The notes under the pieces were generated by a model. That model ran no database searches and was not told where the DNA came from. It saw only the letters and a program-made list of their open reading frames with translations. DNA of 64,000 nt from Mustelus asterias (taxonomy: Eukaryota): the NCBI RefSeq assembly GCF_964213995.1, contig NC_135801.1:124372001-124436000 (forward strand), in the 5' to 3' direction. Positions within the stretch are counted from its first letter, which is position 1; each line of letters opens with the position of its first letter. The translations under genes and the position numbers were made by a program. Of the stretch, positions 24,920-37,300 are shown piece by piece.

Positions 24920-25126
24920 GTCTCGTTGTTGAGTTGTCGGTACACTTCTTTGCAGTAATCCGTTCTGTTCAGTATGACGATGGCCCCTCCTTTGTCTGCT
25001 GGTTTGATGACAATGTTGCGGTTGGTCTTGAGAGCGTGGATGGCGTTACGTTGTGCTTGGGTGATGTTCGGGGCTGTCTTGTGAGTGCGGCTGATGAATT
25101 TGGTGTTGACGCACCTCCTGACGGCT

Positions 25127-27562
25127 TGGAACAGCCGACAGAGAGATCCGCAGTGCATCCGAAGAGGAAAGAGTCGAATTGGACTCCTCCGGAAGGCCGC
25201 TGCCCTCGACTTGACATGTATGCCCAAGCCGTCAGGAGGTGCGTCAACACCAAATTCATCAGCCGCACTCACAAGACAGCCCCGAACATCACCCAAGCAC
25301 AACGTAACGCCATCCACGCTCTCAAGACCAACCGCAACATTGTCATCAAACCAGCAGACAAAGGAGGGGCCATCGTCATACTGAACAGAACGGATTACTG
25401 CAAAGAAGTGTACCGACAACTCAACAACGAGGAACACTACAGACAGTTACCTGCAGATCCGACCAAAGAACACACCCGTCAACTCAACACTCTGATCAAG
25501 ACCTTTGATCCGGACCTTCAGAACACCCTCCGTGCTCTCATCCCACGTACTCCCCGCGTTGGAGATCTCTACTGCCTCCCGAAGATACACAAGGCAAACA
25601 CACCCGGCCGTCCCATCGTATCGGGCAATGGGACCCTGTGCGAGAACCTCTCCGGCTATGTCGAGGGCATCCTGAAACCCATTGTACAAAGAACCCCCAG
25701 CTTTTGTCGCGACACGACGGACTTCCTACAGAAACTCGGCACACATGGAGCAGTTGAACCAGGAGCGCTCCTCGTCACAATGGATGTCTCAGCACTCTAC
25801 ACCAGCATCCCCCATGACGATGGCATTGCTGCAACGGCCTCAGTGCTCAGCGCCAACAACTGCCAGTTTCCAGATGCAATTTTACATCTCATCCGCTTCA
25901 TCCTGGACCACAATATCTTCACCTTCAACAACCAGTTCTTCATCCAGACACACGGAACAGCCATGGGGACCAAATTTGCACCTCAATATGCCAACATCTT
26001 CATGCACAGGTTCGAACAAGACTTCTTCACCGCACGGGACCTTCAACCGGTGCTATACACTAGATACATCGATGACATTTTCTTCCTTTGGACTCATGGT
26101 GAACAATCACTGAAACAACTCTATGATGACATCAACAAGTTCCATCCCACCATCAGGCTCACCATAGACTACTCTCCGGAATCGGTTGCATTCTTGGACA
26201 CGCGCATCTCCATTAAGGACGGTCACCTCAGCACCTCACTGTACCGCAAGCCCACGGATAACCTCACGATGCTCCACTTCTCCAGCTTCCACCCTAAACA
26301 CGTTAAAGAAGCCATCCCCTACGGACAAGCCCTCCGTATACACAGGATCTGCTCGGATGAGGAGGATCGCAACAGACACCTCCAGACGCTGAAAGATGCC
26401 CTCATAAGAACAGGATATGGCGCTAGACTCATTGATCAACAGTTCCAACGCGCCACAGCGAAAAACCGCACCGACCTCCTCAGAAGACAAACACGGGACA
26501 CAGTGGACAGAGTACCCTTCGTTGTCCAGTACTTCCCCGGAGCGGAGAAGCTACGGCATCTCCTCCGGAGCCTTCAACATGTCATTGATGAAGACGAACA
26601 TCTCGCCAAGGCCATCCCCACACCCCCACTTCTTGCCTTCAAACAACCGCACAACCTCAAACAGACCATTGTCCGCAGCAAACTACCCAGCCTTCAGGAG
26701 AACAGTGACCAAGACACCACACAACCCTGCCACAGCAACCTCTGCAAGACGTGCCGGATCATCGACACAGATGCCATCATCTCACGTGAGAACACCATCC
26801 ACCAGGTACACGGTACATACTCTTGCAACTCGGCCAACGTTGTCTACCTGATACGCTGCAAGAAAGGATGTCCCGAGGCATGGTACATTGGGGAAACTAT
26901 GCAGACGCTGCGACAACGGATGAATGAACACCGCTCGACAATCACCAGGCAAGACTGTTCTCTTCCTGTTGGGGAGCACTTCAGCGGTCACGGGCATTCG
27001 GCCTCTGATATTCGGGTAAGCGTTCTCCAAGGCGGCCTTCGCGACACACGACAGCGCAGAGTCGCGGAGCAGAAACTGATAGCCAGGTTCCGCACACACA
27101 AGGACGGCCTCAACCGGGATATTGGGTTTATGTCACACTATTTCACATAAATATTTCTGCTTTTTTCCTCCTGAGTCTTTATCATGCGATCCTAGAATCA
27201 GAATTTATGTCACACTATTTGTAACTCCCACAGTTGCGTGGACCTGCAGAGTTTCACTGGCTGTCTTGTCTGGAGACAATACACATCTTTTTAGCCTGTC
27301 TTGATGCTCTCTCCACTCCCATTGTTTTGTTTCTTAAAGACTGGATTAGTTGTAAGTATTCGCATTCCAACCATTATTCATGTAAATTGAGTCTGTGTCT
27401 TATAAGTTCTGTTTGTGAACAGAATTCCCACTCACCTGAAGAAGGGGCTCAGAGCCTCGAAAGCTTGTGTGGCTTTTGCTACCAAATAAACCTGTTGGAC
27501 TTTAACCTGGTGTTGTTAAACTTCTTACTGTGTTTACCCCAGTCCAACGCCGGCATCTCCAC
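25127..27562 (+). mobile_element. Penelope-like retroelement, 5'-truncated; right arm of palindrome, with extra 3' tail (27537-27562)
   Basis: Same protein as the left arm (ORF ends 27150); 14-bp TSD ACCCTTCTTAAACA at 22502-22515 and 27563-27576. Confidence 0.95.
27433..27469 (+). ncRNA. Minimal type-I hammerhead ribozyme motif in the PLE 3' UTR
   Basis: CAC-CUGAAGA-A-[GGGGCU cag AGCCUC]-GAAA-GC-UU-GUG: catalytic core, stem II, palindromic AAGCUU stem III, CAC/GUG stem I. Identical minus-strand copies at about 12990-13030, 22577-22613 and 43445-43482. Confidence 0.75.
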
Positions 27563-27724
27563 ACCCTTCTTAAACAACAGGACCACATTCACTATCCTCC
27601 AATCCTCAGGGACCTCACCTGTGTCCAAAGAAGCGACAAAGATTTCCGTCAGAGGCCCAGCAATTTCATCTCTCGTCTCTTAGAACATAATAGAACATGC
27701 CTTGTTCTATTAATCTTGGGATCT

Positions 27725-28081
27725 TGGGTTCATGTCACACTATCTGTAACCCCCACGACTTGCCTGGGCTTGCAAAACCTCACTAACTGTCCTGGCTGGA
27801 GACAATACACATCTCTTTAACCTGTGCTTAACCCTCTCTCCACTCACATTGTTTGTACCTTTAAGGCTCGATTACCTGTAAAGACTCACATTCCAACGAT
27901 TATCTTGTAAATTGAGTCTGTGTCTATATATGCCCTGTTTGAGAACACAACTCCTCACTCACCTGAAGAAGGAGCGACACTCCGAAAGCTTGTGCTACCA
28001 AATAAGCCTGTTGGACTTTAACCTGGTGTTGTGAGACTTCTTACTGTGCTTACCCCAGTCCAATGCTGGCATCTCCACATC
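27725..28081 (+). mobile_element. Penelope 3' end / pseudo-LTR of a related, more diverged subfamily
   Basis: Homologous to 27120-27562, including the hammerhead motif and tail CCCCAGTCCAATGCTGGCATCTCCAC. Confidence 0.8.
27960..27994 (+). ncRNA. Hammerhead ribozyme motif (variant)
   Basis: CAC-CUGAAGA-A-[GGAG cgaca CUCC]-GAAA-GC-UU-GUG. Confidence 0.7.
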
Positions 28082-28084
28082 ACT

Positions 28085-28590
28085 CCTTCATTGGCACAGG
28101 TATGCAATATAAAAATAGGGATATAATGTTGGAATTGTATAAAATACTGGTGAAGCCACAACTGGAGTACTGTGTGCAATTCTGGTCGCCATATTACAGG
28201 AAGGATGTAATTGCTCTGGAGAGAGTGTACAGAGGAGGTTTACAAGAATGTTACGAGGACTAGACAAGAGTAGCTATGAAGAGAGATTGGATAGGTTGGG
28301 GTTCTTTTCCTTGGAACAAAGAAGGCTGAGGGGTGACTTAATTAAGGTGTACAAAAGTATGAGGGGAAGAGATGGAGTGGACCAGATAGAATTGTTTCCC
28401 TTGGCAGAGAATTCTAGAAACAGGGGACATAGATTCAAGATAAATGGCAGGTGGTGTAATGAGAACATGAGGAAGAACATTTTTACACAGAGGATAGTGG
28501 GTGTCTGGAATTCACTGCTTCAGTTTGTGGTGGAGACAGAGACCCTAAACTGGTTTAAGTAGTACCTGGATCTGCACCTTAAGTGCTGTA
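28085..28590 (+). mobile_element. Degraded CR1 3' fragment
   Basis: [26 protein letters not shown]. Confidence 0.85.
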
Positions 28591-28640
28591 AGATTTTGTT
28601 TTAAATGAGGTGGAATTAAATGTACCATTTGTATTGGTTA

Positions 28641-28971
28641 TCATAGAATCATAGAAATCTACAGTACAGAAGGAGGCCACTCGGCCTGTCAAGTCTGCAC
28701 CGACCACAATCCCACCCAGGCCCCATCCCCATAACCCCATGTATTTATCATAGCTAGTCCCTCTGACACTAAGGGGCAATTTAGCATGGCCCACCCACCT
28801 AACCCACACATCTTTGGACCGTGGGAGGAAACCGGAGAACTCGGAGGAAACCCACGCAGACACGGGGAGAACGTGCAAACTCCACACAGACAATGACCCA
28901 AGCCGGGAATTGAACCCGGGTCCCTGGCGCTGCGAGGCAGCACTGCTGACCACTGTGCCACCGTGTTGTCC
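28641..28971 (-). mobile_element. HE1/V-SINE-type SINE
   Basis: Head, core and tail present. Confidence 0.9.
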
Positions 28972-29640
28972 AACAGGTTATATTTATTTTAAATGATGAT
29001 CTATTCCATTATTACCAAGTTTTAATTAATAGCTTTCTCATTTTAAAGATTCAGTGGTTTAAACTGTTTTCTGAAAGACAATGGTGGAAAAGCTGATCCG
29101 TTTCTCAGATTTTATCTTCATACAACGTGATCACACTATGTTGCAATGTCAATCAGCCATTCAAAGTCAATAATTCACTGTAGAGACAAGAGACCATTCT
29201 CTGACCACACCCACTGTCAAATATTTTTAAAATCTTGGATAAACTATTTTTGTGCTCAAGGATAAATTTGTTGATATTTTTTCAGTTGCGATTTCACAAA
29301 AGGTTTTTTCCAAATTCAAAATATTTGGAAGGAAAGGTTTTAAAATTTGTAAAACCTTCCTCCATTGACACTTCAATTCCTGAAATGTCAGACTTGGACA
29401 CTTGCTGAACAAAGAACAAAGAAAATTACAGCACAGGAACAAGCCCTTTGGCCCTCCAAGCCTGCACCGACCATGCTGCCCAACTGAACTTACAGGAAAC
29501 AGAGCCAAATATTTTTTTAAATAATTTGATCAGGGCCATTTTATTGAGAACCAATACCCATCTGCCTATTGTTTTCTCAACATATTCCTCGAAGGAAAAA
29601 AACACAATTAGACTCGTATATGTGCATGACATTTTGTACC

Positions 29641-29646
29641 TTTATT
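29641..29646 (-). terminator. Candidate polyadenylation signal (AATAAA) of CYP4V2
   Basis: AATAAA on the minus strand about 1.5 kb past the stop, in AT-rich UTR-like sequence; no transcript evidence. Confidence 0.3.
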
Positions 29647-31153
29647 AAAAATACAGCTGGTAAGAAAGCTCGGTTTGGTCATTACATTGTCCACAGATTT
29701 GACAAATGTTTAAACTAACTTAATATTACAGAAAAAACAAAAGTGAAGTAATTGAAAAAATATATATATTTAAACTGATAAATTGAAACCGCGACCTCTG
29801 AATTTATATTTTCGCAATCTGCGCTTAATTTGAAATTTGCTCAGACATCTTAAGAGCATTCAACAGCAGGACAAATAGTCAAATAAGCAAAATGCTGCGG
29901 ATGCTGGCATCTGAAACAAGAACCGAGGATGCTGGAATAACTCAGCAGGTCTGTCGGCATCTATCAAGAGAGAAACAGGATGAATGGTTTGAGTGCCTTC
30001 AGTTCTGACGGAGGGAGAATGTGTCATAGCAAAATAAACTGCAGCTAAAAGTAGCAACTTTAGGAACAAGTGACGGAGTGTTTGGTGTGAAAGAGGGAGG
30101 GGCTTTTTAGCATTTAGGCAATACATGTGTGAATTTTTTTTTTTAAAAGTGGGAGTTTAAGATGGAGGAGAAAGGTCAAAATCTAAAGTTGCCGAACTCA
30201 ACGTTGAGTCCAGAGGGCTGCAACGCGCCCAGCTGGAAGATGAGATGCTGCTCCTCCAGCTTGCACCGGGCTTCACTGGAGCCTTGCAGTAGGCCAAGGA
30301 GGGGCATGTGGGCATGACAGCAAGGTGATGAGTTATAACAAATACTCAGTTCCTTTCATTATGCCAGCTCCAAGTTACAGCACCAACTGCTCCATTTATC
30401 TGCTGTATTTACTTACAAATAACTATTTCCCCAACTCAGTTCTGCAGCAAATTTAAACATCCAAGTCAAAATCAACTATCTGAAAACAAGGCACTTGAGA
30501 ATATATATTCACCTCAGGAGCTTGCAATTTGGTTGTCCATTTTGTTCTCCAACCAATTTTGATTTTTACTTTGTTTCAATGAAAAAGAAAATTGGTGGAC
30601 TGTAGGTCGGACAGGTTCCCGATTTGATAACTCCCAAGAAAAGTTTTTTTTTAATGTTCTAATTTGTTTCTTATAAAGAACCAGTTGCATTATGGAACTG
30701 CCTACTTGCCACAAATACAAAAGAAAGAGTTGGGAATAAAGTTCAAACTGTAATAATTTAATCAGGGCCATGATTATAGCATCAATCTCAGTCTGTAACC
30801 AATACCAGCTGGTAACAATGCCTTAGAGCACAATGATATATCAGAAAATTAACAGCAATACCATTCTTTCCTACAGAGGTTCTATTGGCATGCATGTAGA
30901 ACTTACAAATCAAAAGCATACAAGATTCCAGTCTTACAACAATGTAATTACCTTGTGCTAAATGTTGTAATGCTCATGAGTACATAAGCAGCTTGAGAAT
31001 GATCTAAGGTTGTCATACAAATTATGATATTAACAAAATAGAGATATTTTTGGATTCATTAAATGATTCTCCATCAGCTTGGGAGAGGAAAATTATACAA
31101 GCAAAGTGCATCGTTTTATCTGGTACTTTGGTCATTGGACATATTGAAGATAT

Positions 31154-31317
31154 TTACTGTGCTCTGTGGTGAAGTTCTATCCAGATGCCACCCTGTGGAC
31201 GCAGAATCAATTCACCCACAATGTGGAGCTCTTCGCGACTTTGCTTTGCTTCTACGTGGAATCGCCGAAGAATGGAGGACAACATTACCTTCTCCTCCAT
31301 TATTGCATATTTTTGAC
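31154..31317 (-). CDS. CYP4V2: CYP4V2 exon 11, coding part to TAA: [19 protein letters not shown]...[19 protein letters not shown]
   Basis: ttag acceptor; typical CYP4V C-terminus. Confidence 0.93.
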
Positions 31318-34300
31318 CTAAATGAAATTTTTTAAAAATTTACTTATTTTCAAATCATCACTGAAACCCGCACAATTATGGTGGACTGGGTTTTCAATCT
31401 TTGAGGCAGGAATCAGGAGTCAGAGGAATTTCCTGATGATGTGATCCTGCCTCCTATCCTGCAGTGCCCACTGCTGCTATTTCCATCCAGGGGAGACAAT
31501 GATAACCTGGAGTTGCCTCTCACAGTAGACTTGAGGCAAAGATGGAAGCAGGTCAATGCTGAGGCAGCCAGGTCAAAGGGCTCATCATGGTCGAGTTCTG
31601 CAGATCGGTATGAGGCCTCCTAACCCACACCCCCTACCCTCTCACCCCCTCACATCCCCAAATCACCCATCCAGTATCCACAAAAAACAACACTCACAAG
31701 CCCTATAATATGAAGTCATTGAGAAGCTCATAAATCTGTCAAAATAAATAAGCTCACACATCCTCTTGACACCTATGTCAACAACCTCTGCTGAGCAGAA
31801 TTCATTGATAGGTTGGAAGTCAGCCAGGCATTCATAATGACATTGCATTAAATAATTGTGTAAACAGAGCTGTTATGTGAAACCTACATAACTTGTGCTA
31901 TTTTCATACATAACATGGGAAGCTTTTTCCCAGGTCAGAGGTGATGATCACGAGGGGTCACGGGCAGAAGGTGAGAGGGGCGAGGTATAACTCAGATATC
32001 AGAGAGACGTTTTTTTACACAGAGAGTGGTGGGGGCCTGGAATGCGCTGCCAAGTAGGGTGGTGGAGACAGACACGCTGGCATCGTTTTAAGACTTACCT
32101 GGATAGTCACATGAGCAGTCTGGGAATGGAGGGATACAAACGAATGGTCTAGTTGGACCAATGAGCGGCACAGGCTTGGAGGGCCGAAGGGCCTGTTTCC
32201 TGTGCTGAACTGTTCTTTGTTCTTTGTATGACATCATATTTCATCATGATATATGAAATAGTATCTTTTGTACTTAGATTGTACATGGTTCCAGCCACAA
32301 AACCATGGTCATTGACATCTCTGAGCAAGTATAATTCATGTTGCCAAGCAACACTGGTCCAATTCCATCAGAATCGCAAAACGTCTAAAATATCCATCTC
32401 GGCAATGGTGTCAGAAACATTGTGAAACCAGTCTGCAATCCACCCCCTTAATCTACCCTGCTGGAAATTACCAGCACCAGAAATGGAGGCAAAAATACCA
32501 GCTTCGGATCCCATCCACCATTTCTAAAGCCCTCCTGGCTCCAAGGAAAATCTGATCGAGTGTCCTTAATATCATAAAGCATCCTAAAGCACTTTACAGG
32601 ACTGTGAGGAGAGATGGGATGAGGAGAGATGGGACAAGTATCAAAGAAGTGACTGTCAGCCTGGTTAATGACTGAGGAGGGAAAGCAGCTAGTGTTCCAG
32701 CGCATGCCACTTCAGTAGGTGAAGGTTTTATGTCTGATGGCGGAGCTGATGGGAAGGACTTAAAAAGAGGCCAGAGTGAGAACAGAGAGGGCACACACGG
32801 AAGGAGGCTGCAGTGATGGGAAGGAGTGAGGCCAATAAATAACTCTTGGACAAACAGCACCATTTTGATTGTTACGTAATCTCTGGTGGAGGTTCCCAGG
32901 GCAGAGGAGCAGGATTTAGATCAGGTTAAGATGTAGATGCCAACATTTGGATAGGATTCAGCAAATGGAGGGTAGGGCTTGGAAAGCCATCGAGCAGTGG
33001 AAAGGCCCAGCCAGGAGCTCACTACATTCTAGGCTTCAGTGGCACGGGGAGAAGAAATGGGGAATCTTGGTGGTGGCTGGAATGTGGAGTTTGAAGCTCA
33101 GCTCAGAATCAAAAGGGACACTGTGATTGTACACCATTTCATTCCAACCTCAGCCAGATAAGAGAGGGAGGCGGATGGACATATATAACAGCAAAGAGTT
33201 GGACGTGGGGGTGTTGTGCAGGGGCAGAGGAGGGAGGTGCTACAGAGCATCAGATTCAAGAGGGAAGGAAGAAGGATCTAAGAGGAGGGTGCAGGTTGCA
33301 AGCCCAGAAGTGATGTCGGTGGTTTTGTGTTTCGAGTGAAAGGATCATTGTGGGCTCTCCGAGTGGGTGCATAATATGTTGGTGCTTTCAATCAGTTACA
33401 TGGGTTTACTCATCATGAGGACTGGCAGAGTTCCCAATATGCAGATTCTGTTTCTGATTTAAGCTGAATCAGAACTAAGGAAAGCAGCTGATGTGCCAAT
33501 CCTGTAACCTCTGCCACTGCTTAAAACTCAGACATCTGGTCTTCATAAGTACAGTGTTACCTCGATTTAGGAATAGGCCGGCTGTCAACCTTAAAGGAGG
33601 GGATTGGGGGAAGCAGCAGCAGGAAGATTAAGCTATTTAACAGAGTCGGAGACACCAGAGCAATGGTACCACAGTGAGAGGTTGGTGTGTGAAGGCTGAG
33701 GCTAGAGTCCAGGATACAGACTGGTGAATGGTTATGATGAACTAAGCCACAGGCCTCTTTAAGTAACAAGTGTTTGCTCATTATTTTCTTTTCAAAGTGG
33801 CATATGACAGGGCAGAAATTTTTCCAAACAAACATTTAGAAAATTTACTCTGAGATGCAATTAGTCCAAACAAAACATAATCACCCAACCCATCGAACAC
33901 AAAAATCACCCACAGCCGTTAAGACTTACTGACAAAAAGATTATTATAGGGAGATGTATTGAACTGGTGAAAATTCTGGCCTAAAGTTTGCACTGGAGTT
34001 AACACAATCCAGTCAAACATCAGGCAAAGTATTGCAGAATTTGAGATGCAAATGTCATCAAGCGTAAGTGGACAGTTTACTAAATTTAATGCTGTTCTAA
34101 ATTTAATGCTGAAACATTTCACTGGAACCCCTCCCCCCACCTGCCATGCCCCAGATTGATACAGAAAATATGTCCAGTTTTTGTCAGTTGTGTCATTTTT
34201 GGCCATTCAACGAGGTTTATCACAACTCAAAAATCTGAGGCAGGAGTAGGCCACTCAGCCTCTGGAGCCTGCTCCATCATTCAATAAAATCATGGCTAAT

Positions 34301-37300
34301 CTGACTGTGGCCTCAATTCCACTTCCCTGATTCACCTTCCTTCCAGGTCAAAACTGGGTTCACTTCTCTTTGCCACTCAGGCACCAGTCAGGACATTTTA
34401 CATATTTTACACGTGACACATTTTACACATGTTGCGTATTTTACTTACTAAGAGACTGACTGGTGTTGACCAGTGAAACTAATAAATAATTCTGTATAGT
34501 CATTTTCAGTGATCTAAACTCAGGCTACTCACAGGTGGGAGTCCAGACAGTTTTCAAAGATGTTTGTTTTTTGTAATAAACCTTTTTTTTGGTTGGATGA
34601 ATAAAATACCATCATGTTGCCACTCTTTAATAGAATTAATCGTTTTTAATGCAACAAATAACAGGCTGCCCGATTGTTGCCCTGATCCATCTAGGATTTT
34701 ACACTTGTGACTATGTAAACCAAAGTGGGTGGAAACCTAAACCGTAACTTTACTTTGGAAGAAGAGCACAATTTCAATGACAATTTGCATCCAGATTCCT
34801 GATTACATCCAAAGCAGAAACACTGGCCACATGGCTTTAAAAAATTAAAATAAAAGCGATGTGGTTATGTTAAAAACTTGGTTTATACTTATTCACATAT
34901 AGCTGCACTGGGTTTCCAAATGTACTGTACTCCAACTATACAGGCACTGTACACTAGCCGGGTGTCTATTCTACTGTGGGGCATACATACCTATGCAGTT
35001 TCTGACTCCAGCGGAAAATGGAATAAATGCATATGGATTCATTTTAGTTGAATTCTCTGGTAAAAATCGCTCTGGTCTAAACTCTTCAGGATCTGGGAAA
35101 TACTTGGGATCCCTGTGTAGAGCGTAAGGAATGATCATGGCGTTGACTCCTTTGGGTATTTTAAAACCTCCTGAAAGACAGAAGTTGAATAACGTAGCAC
35201 TGATTGATAACTTTAAAATATTGACTAATGAGCTACCCTTAACAAAAAGTCACAGAAAAATTAAAATCATTACAGGGTGGTAGTAAGTTTTAGGTAAGAA
35301 AAATGACAATGTAAGATGCTATCTTGAGGCTAGCAAAAGGAGTCTTACTGAACGATCATGATATATATGCAGTATGACCACATTTTCCCCCTTTTCAGAT
35401 TATGGCTATTTTCTTGGAAAAAAGTGGAGGAAAAATTTTCAGGCAGATCGATAATCTGACAAGTTGCAATGTGACTGCTCCTACCATTGGCCTAGCCACC
35501 TTTACACAACAAATAGGATGGTTAGTCTTACGTGTTGAAAGAGTTTTATAAACTAGGGGAGCCGCAGATGGATTGGAGGGGTGGTTTGGGTACACCAGTC
35601 AGACAGACTCCTGGACATAATCCAGAATTCAGTCACAAATGGCTGGAGAACTGTTCAAACCTTGCAACATCTGACACACAAACAAGACTGCTACCAGTTA
35701 ACCAAGGGTTCATTGCCATCAAGCAGTTCATAACAGCAATGTCAATTTGGGCAGTATATGATCCCATTTCATGCGCCTGAGCCCTCCAATATACCACAGC
35801 TTTGTAACACATCTTCACGTGTTCATTTATCGATGGCGACATTATTAATCTGCAAATCATTTTTTCCAGAAACCATTGATAAGACAATTTGGTAGCTCTC
35901 ATGCTTAATGATACCTACTACCAGTATTAACAAATTTAACTCCTTGTGTCTGCAGACGTAATCCTTGGCAAGGTTTAAAATAACTTTGTTTGAACAGACT
36001 GACTGGAGCCCTGTGTGTTGTGACACATGGCATCACCATGTCATTACTGCCAAAATGAGACAGGTGCTAAAGCCAGCGGGATCTAATGCAGCAGACACTT
36101 ACCCACTTCCCAAAAGATATGGAAGTCAAGGCTTGGGTATCTCTCACTATGCTCTACCCTAGCTGCAGTTCACTGCTTCTTGACAATACAACTTGACAGA
36201 AAATTTCAGAAAAGGAAATTAAAAACACAATTAAAAAGACACAGTCGAGTATCAGAGTAGGAGACATTTTAATCTATACTTCACTTATCGGCTATAGTTT
36301 CGTAACTTCAACAAAACAGTTCAACTGCATTACTCAACAGAACAAATATTGACCTCAGGAAAAGTTAAAGTTCTGTTCAACTCTTTATCCCAACGTGAAA
36401 TCAGTATTCGCTCAGGACTTATGGAGTGTATGAAATAAAGGAACTTCTTCAGCACAGACATATATAAAAAACATGTGCAAATCATTTTCTTAGAAGAGAT
36501 TGGATGTCACTTATAAAGTGATCTTGAAATGTAGCTGCTCCTTTTTACTATTTTATTCATGGTCAACCAATCCTAGTCACCCACTACCTTTGCCCTCCTC
36601 ATGTCCCATTGGCTCCTGTGTATGAACAAGTTCAACTTCAAAATCTTTGTCCTTATTTTCAAATCTGTCCATGGCCTCACTCCACTCCATCTGAGTAAAC
36701 TGCCCTCGTCAGATGTCTCCGCCAGCAACCCTCTGCTCCCCAAGTCTTGGCAAAAACACTTCTTGCTCATAATTTTCCAGTTACATGGAGCGGTGAATTT
36801 CTTGGGACTTCTCCTGCTCCATCATCATTGGCAGAACGTGTAAATGGGGCTTCTGCTATCTTCCTATTGAAGTTGAGGTGGTGCCACAGGGAGCATTCTA
36901 AGTTCACCGCTATTCTTCCAAGCCCATTAAATATATTCAGGTTGTATTTTACCCATTGAATCACACCAGCAATATGTGACTGTTTGCTGTATGAGAGGTT
37001 CTCAAACTCTTTTGGTTGAAGCGACTATTTTCAAATGGATCAGTAACCATGAACTTCTCATCCCACTCCTAGATTATAATATTCATAATCTGAAAAGTCT
37101 CATACGTAAAAATATTTAAATAATGCTTTGAAACAAATGGATGAACAGATTCACCGACAGATATCGGTGAGATGGTTGTACCTGCTTCTCACTGCAGAGT
37201 CTGTCGACCCTTGACAGGAGAATGAAGAGGGCAAAAGAGGTTTCATGAGCATGGAGAGAGCACCAGGGGAGCACAGGACACTTCCACTCACGACTCACTT

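Noticed and set aside
24778-25126. Novel N-terminus of the 790-aa ORF 24778..27150
   Set aside because: It is antisense Penelope sequence from the left arm and spacer that happens to stay open. There is no true ATG start, and the element is 5'-truncated.
13361-27099. Many overlapping 60-200 aa ORFs in alternative frames of the Penelope copies
   Set aside because: Shadow ORFs of a GC-richer coding sequence, repeated only because the element is repeated.
29519-30810. Short similarity AATAATTT(G/A)ATCAGGGCCAT..AACCAATACC at about 29520 and 30752
   Set aside because: About 30 matching bases only; may be an old local duplication in the CYP4V2 3' region but too short to interpret.
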